From IMG/VR virus record IMGVR_UViG_3300022177_000046, positions 1-44,125 of that record: a DNA stretch of 44,125 nt; one strand, given 5' to 3'. The notes below the pieces were generated by a model. The model saw nothing but the letters and a program-made list of their open reading frames with translations, was not told the DNA's origin and did no database searches. Below, in pieces: positions 34,559 through 41,521 of this stretch. A program made the translations under genes and the position numbers. Within the stretch, counting starts at the first letter, position 1. Each line of letters begins with the position of its first letter. Source of the DNA: a virus (taxonomy: Duplodnaviria; Caudoviricetes).

Positions 34559-36499
34559 TTAATCTTTTTTATAAAAGTTTGTTTCATAGCCATCAGCCTT
34601 TAGTAGAAGTCCACTAGCCCAAGGCGGAGTCTGACTCATCCTTTTGCAGATGCTTTCTGTAGCTTCACTAGGGTGGGCTTCTATGACTAATTCATCATGG
34701 ATATGCATAACGATAGAGCAATCCTGAAGATGCTTTATGGAGTAGCAGAGGATGTCACGGCTAGTGGCTTGAACAATGTTCTCCACGAACTTGGGACCGT
34801 AGCTTTGAATCCGCTCCCATTTTTTCGTACTACCTACACCTTCGTAGGTCACACATTCTGATCCGAATTGATTCTCACCAATACGCGGCTTCACGTAGGA
34901 TAGCTTCCTTCCGGAGGGAAGAGTGATGAAAAGCATCCCACTTTGGTACGCGAATCGAATCCCGTGAGTCTCTGTGACAGTCCGGTCTTTTACTGCTTTT
35001 AAGGCGGCACGGTCCACATCCCACCAGAGCCTTACAATGTTTTGATTTGAAGCTCGCCATGCTGTAACGAGAGGCTGGAGCTCATCTTCTTCAAGACCCA
35101 TCTCAAGAGCACCCATGGCCTTAAGAGCGCCAACAGAGCCTCCATAGCCAAGGGCCAATTCTGCGATTTTTCCTTTTTGCCTTAGATGTGAGTTTATGCC
35201 ATGCTTTTCAACAGGTACCCGAAACATTTGAGCAGCGGATGCGCAGTAGATATCTTTGCCGGATGCAAAGACCTGCTGTCGCCAGCTTTCTCCTGCAAGC
35301 CAAGCAATGACACGAGCTTCGATGGCAGAGAAGTCCGCCACAATGAATTTATGCCCAGGCCTCGGGACAAAGGCTGTACGGATAAGCTCTGACAAGACCT
35401 CTGGCACGGAGTCGTAAAGCATGTTGATTGCAACATAATCGCCATTTTTTACAAGGCTTCGAGCCTCTTCTAAGTCTGGCATATGGTTTTGGGGGAGGTT
35501 TTGCATCTGAATAAGCCTGCCGGCCCAGCGGCCAGTTCGATTTGCTCCGTAGAACTGGAACATCCCACGCGCGCGGCCATCCTTGCAGACGGCATTCTCC
35601 ATGGCCTGGTATTTTTTGACCGAGGATTTGGCCAGTTGTTGGCGGAGCGTTAGTACCTCCCCAAGGGGAGCTGGAGCTGTTTTTTGAAGCTCCATAACTG
35701 CCTTCTTGCCAAGAGTATCTGTTTCCAGGCCATTATCGAAAAGCCACTGTTTCATCTGAGCCACAGAGTTGGGGTTATCCAGCTCCGTAAGTTCATGCAT
35801 CAGCTGGATCAGTTCTGTGCGGGAGCGTTTGTCTGCTTCTATGGCCTGCTGCACAAAAGGCATATCCAATGCCACGCCGCGATCATTGATCCCTTGATCC
35901 AGGTGGTACTCTGTCCAAACTGGCTCAGGGACAGGAAACCTTGATAGCTTGCCTTGTATGGCCATTTCAACTTCAACATCGCGGCGGTTATATTCTTTGA
36001 AGGCAGCCCATTTGTCTTTTGCGTGCTCCGGAAGGTTGCGAGTTCTTTTGCCGTTAGTGATAGTGGGGTTACATGGCTGGCAGAAATATCGAATGAGATC
36101 CTTGCCTTCCTTTAGCTTTTGTTTTTCAAGGCCCAGCACTATGCCAACACCCTCAAGTGAAAGAGGAAGCCCCATGTAGGCCGACCAAATCATAGAACAG
36201 CGCCATGACCTTGGATCAAGATACTGCCCAGAAGGCAAGCCTAGCCAGCTCGACAAGCAGATTCGTTCAAATTGGGCATTGAAAGCCCATTTCGTTACAT
36301 TCTCATCCGTAAGCGCAGCAGTTATTTCATCTGGAATAGCTTCACCTGCGGCAAGGTCAATGATTTGGACATCGCCACCGTCAACGGAATAGGCAAATAG
36401 CAAAACTTCAAAGTCAGATGCTTCTACATAGCGGTAGACCCCGCTTTTGGCGAGGTCTACACTGCTATAGGTTTCTATGTCGATGCTGATTGTTTTCAT
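34559..36499 (-). CDS. phage DNA polymerase, family A
   Basis: SIDIETYS exonuclease motif, RTGRWAG, ADFSAIEARV (motif A), RQKGKIAELALGYG (motif B), HIHDE (motif C). Confidence 0.95.
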   Translation of the reverse strand: MKTISIDIETYSSVDLAKSGVYRYVEASDFEVLLFAYSVDGGDVQIIDLAAGEAIPDEITAALTDENVTKWAFNAQFERICLSSWLGLPSGQYLDPRSWRCSMIWSAYMGLPLSLEGVGIVLGLEKQKLKEGKDLIRYFCQPCNPTITNGKRTRNLPEHAKDKWAAFKEYNRRDVEVEMAIQGKLSRFPVPEPVWTEYHLDQGINDRGVALDMPFVQQAIEADKRSRTELIQLMHELTELDNPNSVAQMKQWLFDNGLETDTLGKKAVMELQKTAPAPLGEVLTLRQQLAKSSVKKYQAMENAVCKDGRARGMFQFYGANRTGRWAGRLIQMQNLPQNHMPDLEEARSLVKNGDYVAINMLYDSVPEVLSELIRTAFVPRPGHKFIVADFSAIEARVIAWLAGESWRQQVFASGKDIYCASAAQMFRVPVEKHGINSHLRQKGKIAELALGYGGSVGALKAMGALEMGLEEDELQPLVTAWRASNQNIVRLWWDVDRAALKAVKDRTVTETHGIRFAYQSGMLFITLPSGRKLSYVKPRIGENQFGSECVTYEGVGSTKKWERIQSYGPKFVENIVQATSRDILCYSIKHLQDCSIVMHIHDELVIEAHPSEATESICKRMSQTPPWASGLLLKADGYETNFYKKD

Positions 36500-37074
36500 G
36501 CTAGGAAGTCCTCATCGAGGTCAGTTAAAAAATCATCTTCCGCTCTTGATTTGCCGCCGAGTGGTTCGCCGTCACGTATTTTTTGCAGGTTATTGAGGCC
36601 ACATGCGATTCCTTTATTTCCGTTGCTGTTAAAGGCATAAAAGCTGATGCTGGCTCTGCCATAAACTCCGCTATACACCTCAGAGCGGTTAAGGATAATG
36701 TTGCGGTCGGCGTCTACAATACCAGGTGCGGTTGCAGAGTTGGCATTGATAAAGTAGGCATTCGCGTAGGCAGGATCATCCGGCCTTTCTGTGTCACCGT
36801 CACGCAAAGGCGTCTTGATAGAAGAGAGTGGTGGCACGGATTTACCGCTTCCCTTGAGCTTAGCGGCCCCTTCCTGGTAAGCAGCTTCAATAGCTGCCTT
36901 GATTTTTGCGACAGTCACTGCATCGGACTTTGGAATGATTAGAGATACTGAGAACTTTGGAGCACCACCGTTAATGGATTTTGCCTCCCATACGTTGGCA
37001 TATGACCAGCGTGTATTGGGACCAGTTATAACCTTCATTGGATTGCTATTGACTTTGTTTGTGTTGTTAGACAT
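36496..37074 (-). CDS. DUF2815 ssDNA-binding protein (T7 gp2.5-like)
   Basis: KFSVSLIIPK, PLRDGD, VYSGVY, GIACGLNNLQ; acidic C-terminus. Confidence 0.88.
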   Translation of the reverse strand: MSNNTNKVNSNPMKVITGPNTRWSYANVWEAKSINGGAPKFSVSLIIPKSDAVTVAKIKAAIEAAYQEGAAKLKGSGKSVPPLSSIKTPLRDGDTERPDDPAYANAYFINANSATAPGIVDADRNIILNRSEVYSGVYGRASISFYAFNSNGNKGIACGLNNLQKIRDGEPLGGKSRAEDDFLTDLDEDFLA

Positions 37075-37090
37075 AAGATTTTCCTCCTAT

Positions 37091-38209
37091 TTATTCATTG
37101 AAATCATGCTTTGCTGTATGGATTGCCGGGCGTTTATCGCTTTCTGGCACAAGCGTTGGTTTTCCTTGAGGTTTTTCAATGTAATTACCGAGAATTTCTT
37201 CGAATCGTTTTTTGCCAAGGAGAGACGTCATAGCGGTCAGACCCAAGATTTTCGGCTCATATGGGTCGTAACCGGCTGCGCTCACAACTTCAGCTACAGT
37301 ATGTTCGTTGATGTACTTGCGGTTGGACCTGCCTTCGACCAGCTTCCAACCATGCCATTGCTTTCCGCTGACAGCAGCCTGCAGTGCGTAATCCTTAATA
37401 GCAGAAGCCCAGGAGACTAGCTCGTCAATTTTGCCAAGTATGGTTTCCACTTCAGTATCTGAAAGTAGAGGTGGAAGCTGAAAGTCATACCTTGCCAGCT
37501 CCATGTTTTCTTCAGCTCTTTTGCGGCATTCATGTTTGGCCTTGCAGAATTGACACCACTTTCCACAATTGAATTCTCCTTCCCCAGAGTAGGCAAGCTC
37601 AGCGGCTGGCTTAAGAATTTCCTCGGCCCATTGGTATAAGGACTCTTTGAATACCACATAGGTGGAGATGTTGTCTCGCCTGGGTTGATAGATGGTCATC
37701 GAAACTGACTCAATGTCGTATATACCATCAAAGATTCCCAGTGCTCCAAGGGCATAGAGCTTCATCTGAGGATTATCTTGTGCTTCAACAAGGATTCCCT
37801 GGCCATGCTTATAGTCCACAATATGGAGCGCTCCGTCTGAGATGATAACGCAGTCGCCTGTTCCAAAGCCGTCCTCAACATATTCTGAGAAGTCAAGGCG
37901 CTGTTCTATGAGTACCTGCGGGTCAGAACATGTCTGCTTGGCCATTTCTACTAGTTCAAGGATGTAGGCGGCATATCCGTTTGCGCAGTCCTCCATTTCC
38001 TCGCTGTAGTAGGTTAGGTCTCTAGTGGGGTCTTTTATGGGAATACCCAGTAATGTCTTGAGCTTGTATTCACAGAGAGTGTGAGCGTCTGTTCCCTCAG
38101 CTGCGTAGCTATTGCTCTTATCCTCGTAGCTCTCGCATAGTCTTGCTGAGGGCGGACAGTTGAGCCATCTGTGTGATGAAGAGGCGGAAAGGAGCGCGTG
38201 TTTACCCAT
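37091..38209 (-). CDS. DUF2800 Cas4-like PD-(D/E)xK nuclease
   Basis: HALLSASSSHRWLNCPPS, GFGTGD, IVDYKHG, QMKLYALG, WCQFC. Confidence 0.88.
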   Translation of the reverse strand: MGKHALLSASSSHRWLNCPPSARLCESYEDKSNSYAAEGTDAHTLCEYKLKTLLGIPIKDPTRDLTYYSEEMEDCANGYAAYILELVEMAKQTCSDPQVLIEQRLDFSEYVEDGFGTGDCVIISDGALHIVDYKHGQGILVEAQDNPQMKLYALGALGIFDGIYDIESVSMTIYQPRRDNISTYVVFKESLYQWAEEILKPAAELAYSGEGEFNCGKWCQFCKAKHECRKRAEENMELARYDFQLPPLLSDTEVETILGKIDELVSWASAIKDYALQAAVSGKQWHGWKLVEGRSNRKYINEHTVAEVVSAAGYDPYEPKILGLTAMTSLLGKKRFEEILGNYIEKPQGKPTLVPESDKRPAIHTAKHDFNE

Positions 38210-38534
38210 TTCCAAGCACCTTGGCTTCTGAAAGGAGAGAAGGATACTCCAAAGGGTCGATTTCTGAGAGCTTTTCGGCACCATGCTTTTCAAGAAGTGC
38301 CCTGACCTGCAGTGTATATCCGGCACGGGATTTATCAGCCAGAATAGCTCTTACGGCTTCAAGCGTGATAGGTTTATTCTCGGGTGCTGGGACTTCGGCT
38401 TTTGGTTGCTCTGTAGCCTGGGCAGGCTCCTTATCGGTGAACAATTCAGATAAAGACTCCGATATGCCAATAAGAGCTTCACCACACTTCTTAAGCTCTG
38501 TTACCAAAAGGTGCAGTTCGCTCATCTTGCTCAT
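38202..38534 (-). CDS. conserved phage hypothetical protein
   Basis: ITLEAVRAILADKSRAG...LLEKHGAEKLSEIDP; typical upstream of DUF2800. Confidence 0.75.
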   Translation of the reverse strand: MSKMSELHLLVTELKKCGEALIGISESLSELFTDKEPAQATEQPKAEVPAPENKPITLEAVRAILADKSRAGYTLQVRALLEKHGAEKLSEIDPLEYPSLLSEAKVLGNG

Positions 38535-38700
38535 CTGCTCTACCTCCTTTCATTTCCGTGTTGTCTTGCCTGGAAAGTGCTGAAAGCTTCTTTGCCAGTC
38601 GTTTTGACACTACGCTGATTGCCGTGAGGATATCTGCTAGATCTTCGTCCATCTCACGGTCACGAGCTTTAGTGTCAATTTCATTTGTCTGTGTTTGCAT
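38491..38700 (-). CDS. hypothetical protein
   Basis: GGAGG RBS; LADILTAISVVSKRLAKKL. Confidence 0.65.
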   Translation of the reverse strand: MQTQTNEIDTKARDREMDEDLADILTAISVVSKRLAKKLSALSRQDNTEMKGGRADEQDERTAPFGNRA

Positions 38701-38746
38701 TCTTTAACCTCCGTTCGAGGGTTGTGTATTCCCCCTCACCATTCAC

Positions 38747-38772
38747 AGGACAGAAGCTAAATATTTGAGTAC
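38747..38772 (-). promoter_or_regulatory. GTACTCA-N9-CTTCTGTCCT motif, copy C
   Basis: Between the sigma-like gene and the replication operon. Confidence 0.65.
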
Positions 38773-38846
38773 TAACTTGAAAATTTATTTTTGAATATTG
38801 CCCTCTGCTAGCCAGTAGGCAGCAGAGGACATATTGAGTGCTGGAA

Positions 38847-39368
38847 TTATATGAAGTCTTTAAGGCGATTACGCAGCTGCTCAAATAACTTGGCCTTTCT
38901 TTTGTTGATAGCTTTTTGCGACAGTCCAATATCAGCAGCAATTTCTCTTTCGGATTTCCCATTGGCGAAGAGTGCCATAATCCTACGGTTATCCGGGTCG
39001 AGCTCATCTAGGGCCGCGAACAGCTCTTCGAGGAGCAGTTTGCCTGCAACGAGTTCAGCAATGTCGACTGAATCAGCTGGTTCAAAACAGCTCTCTTCTG
39101 CAAGCCCATCCAGGGAGAGGATAGTTCCAGAGCGCTGCTTGTCACATTTGCTACAGTCATCAGTGCAGCGTTTTGTTTTTCCTTTGCCATCACTGATCAT
39201 GCAGCGTTTTTCACGTTCCTTGCGCTTACGTTCTGCCCATAGAGGTTGCTTATAGGCACGATAGACTTCTTCGGTAACTTCTATTACATGGTTGTTGATT
39301 GTTAGGTGCCATGCGCCATCATAGAAGTCCTTGTTCTTTGGTTGACTCTGATTGTCTCTGGTTGACAT
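38847..39368 (-). CDS. sigma-70 region-4 (ECF-like) regulator
   Basis: C-terminal LDELDPDNRRIM...GKSEREIAADIGLSQKAINKRK HTH; Cys cluster in the N-terminal half. Confidence 0.8.
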   Translation of the reverse strand: MSTRDNQSQPKNKDFYDGAWHLTINNHVIEVTEEVYRAYKQPLWAERKRKEREKRCMISDGKGKTKRCTDDCSKCDKQRSGTILSLDGLAEESCFEPADSVDIAELVAGKLLLEELFAALDELDPDNRRIMALFANGKSEREIAADIGLSQKAINKRKAKLFEQLRNRLKDFI

Positions 39369-39612
39369 ATAAAAAGCCCTCCTTCGGCTTGAACCGAAAT
39401 GGAGAGCTTATTTTTGATATGACAAACCAGACCACAGATAATCGGCTGCAATTCAAAAGGACTTCTCCATTTCGAATTGCAACCTCACTTCCGGTGGTCG
39501 GTTGCAAATATTTGATTGTTATTCACACAACACCGGAATACCCTGCAGGTGGTTGTTGTGTGTTGCTTGTACAAAATAAAAAACTGCTATTGCCTTTGTA
39601 CAATAACAGTTT
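39369..39612 (-). promoter_or_regulatory. structured leader/attenuator of the sigma-like gene
   Basis: Four hairpins; one sequesters the RBS and has a U-tail; an 11-bp alternative pairing is possible. Confidence 0.6.
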
Positions 39613-39736
39613 ACTGGTTTATGTATTTGGTTTACATTGTTGAGGCTTTGTTGAGACTTTGCTATGACTTTAATTTTTAAAAGAATATTAAAACTTTGAG
39701 TATGCAAAGTTGAAATGGGATTTTATAGATTTCGCA

Positions 39737-39765
39737 TTGAAAAACGTGTATGTAATTGGTATGAT
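39737..39765 (+). promoter_or_regulatory. sigma-A promoter for the HTH-hamA-hamB operon
   Basis: TTGAAA-17 nt-TATGAT with extended TG. Confidence 0.65.
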
Positions 39766-39813
39766 ATAACAGTAAATGAAAGAAATGTTGTTTTTCATAG
39801 TGGAGGCGAAAGT

Positions 39814-40020
39814 ATGACATTTAGCTATAATAAACTCTGGAAATTGCTGATTGACAAGAACTTGATGAAAAAAGATTTGATGGCTATGACCAATATGACT
39901 TCATCTACAATGGCTAAAATGGGGAAAGATTTACCGGTCAGCATGGAAGTTTTAGCTCGTATATGTAAAGCATTAGATTGTAATATTGGTGACATTGTAG
40001 ATGTATTAAACAAAGATTGA
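39814..40020 (+). CDS. Cro/C1-type HTH regulator (68 aa)
   Basis: SYNKLWKLLID...VSMEVLARICKALDCNIGDIV; GGAGG RBS. Confidence 0.88.
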   Translation: MTFSYNKLWKLLIDKNLMKKDLMAMTNMTSSTMAKMGKDLPVSMEVLARICKALDCNIGDIVDVLNKD

Positions 40021-40046
40021 TAGTGGTTTTTAAGGAGGAGAATCAG

Positions 40047-41519
40047 ATGAAACGACTTTGCTATGCTTCTTTATTAAAGATTATGTATTATTGTAAACCT
40101 CATAATGTTTCGCAGAAGCTCCTTAATGGAACAATTCTACTATCACTAGATTCGAACTATGATTTAACAGATGATGATAATGCTTCTACTATGATGTCTA
40201 CAGGAGGCAGAAATATTTCTCCGGACGTTGCAGCAAACGCAAGAAATGTTTCTGTTTCAGGTGTTATTGAGTATTTTAGAAATAATGTTATTCCTAAACT
40301 GGATGGATCAAAAATAAAAATTGCAGTACTAGCTCTGATTGATGTCCTTGCAGAAGACAAGCTTATTCCTAATGATACAGAAGTATATTTAGCAAGTCAT
40401 AAAACTAAAGAGGAGATTATTACCGAAACGGAATTTGACCCTGCAGAATTAATCGCAAATCTATTTTTGTATGCAGTGGCAAATGTAAAAAGCTCTGATT
40501 TTAAATCTGAAATTAAAGAAATAACAAATGGATACATATATTTATTTGAGTCTAAAAAGGATACTATTTCATTTAGAAAAACTGCTGTCGCTGCGCTTCC
40601 TTCAATTAATAAGACCATAAAAGAAAAAAATTTCGCGGGGATATTTACTGAAGTAAAACATCCCGAGTCTCTTGGATTACGAAATAAAAATGAATTGCGA
40701 GTTTTTCATTTAAACATGAACAACTGCCAATTTTCTGATAGAGAATTGAAAAAGTTTCTTCTCTGTAATATTGGACGGTATGTATATTCAAGAGCTGAGC
40801 TTGAACAATTTGTTTTAGATGATGACGTGGAAAGCATTGGTATGACAGCATTGGCAAAACTGCAAAAGTATGGTGGTACCAAGCAGTTAACCGAAGATGC
40901 CCTTGGCGACATGATACTATATGCCTTCTTAGAGCAAGTATTAAATGCACCAAAGATTATGAGTAAAATTGAATTGACAACTGTAGCAAGTCATTATGGC
41001 AGTAAAAGTGATGGCATACATTTGTTGGCTCTAGATGATGGCTTGGGTCAGCCATTTCATCAGTTAGTTTTTGGTGCGTCACATATTATTGGAGATTTAA
41101 GCGAAGCAATTAATGAAGCGATGGATGCTGTTCAAAAAATTAAAAATGATCCCTCTACTGAACTGAATGTAGTAGATAGTACTATATTTGGACGAGTATT
41201 TGATAACTCAACAGCAGAATATATGAAGAGACTTATTCTTCCAAGTAAAGGCGGTGCCTCAGTGATAGACCATGCATATGGTGTTTTTCTGGGTTATACT
41301 TTGCGACTTGATGCATCAACTCTTTCAAATCCTCAATTCCGCGTTGAAGCTATAAAAAAGATGCAAGAAGATATAAAAGCTGCTACACCTTATATTATTG
41401 ACAAGATAAATAAGATGGGGATGAGTGGCTATTCCTTCTATTTTTATATCCTACCCTTTAATGATGCACTGGAAGAGAAAAAGAAAATAGTAAGTGACAT
41501 GTTGACAGGAGGTGCATAG
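40047..41519 (+). CDS. hamA: Hachiman HamA-like (DUF1837) protein with extra N-terminal domain
   Basis: LGDMILYAFLE..LNAPKIMSKIEL, SDGIH, GVFLGY, FYFYILPF; directly upstream of the helicase; AAGGAGG RBS. Confidence 0.75.
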   Translation: MKRLCYASLLKIMYYCKPHNVSQKLLNGTILLSLDSNYDLTDDDNASTMMSTGGRNISPDVAANARNVSVSGVIEYFRNNVIPKLDGSKIKIAVLALIDVLAEDKLIPNDTEVYLASHKTKEEIITETEFDPAELIANLFLYAVANVKSSDFKSEIKEITNGYIYLFESKKDTISFRKTAVAALPSINKTIKEKNFAGIFTEVKHPESLGLRNKNELRVFHLNMNNCQFSDRELKKFLLCNIGRYVYSRAELEQFVLDDDVESIGMTALAKLQKYGGTKQLTEDALGDMILYAFLEQVLNAPKIMSKIELTTVASHYGSKSDGIHLLALDDGLGQPFHQLVFGASHIIGDLSEAINEAMDAVQKIKNDPSTELNVVDSTIFGRVFDNSTAEYMKRLILPSKGGASVIDHAYGVFLGYTLRLDASTLSNPQFRVEAIKKMQEDIKAATPYIIDKINKMGMSGYSFYFYILPFNDALEEKKKIVSDMLTGGA

Positions 41520-41521
41520 TA

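Larger units (their letters stand above)
2181..39368 (-). mobile_element. siphovirus-type prophage (probably extends through the hamAB operon; att sites not identified)
   Basis: Complete, ordered replication-packaging-head-tail-lysis-integration modules; visibly higher GC than the flanks. Confidence 0.93.

Noticed and set aside
37091-38209. Cas4-like gene as evidence of CRISPR-Cas
   Set aside because: No repeat-spacer array or other cas genes; the context fits a phage replication/recombination nuclease.
38794-38845. Fourth copy of the GTACTCA motif or a terminator after the sigma gene
   Set aside because: Only GCACTCA matches, without the correctly spaced second box; the hairpin there has no U-tract on the minus strand, so no function was assigned.
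2337-39255. Many plus-strand ORFs inside the prophage (e.g. 6194-6691, 12238-12807, 25926-26486, 36899-37420)
   Set aside because: Antisense shadows of well-supported minus-strand genes, with no recognisable motifs.
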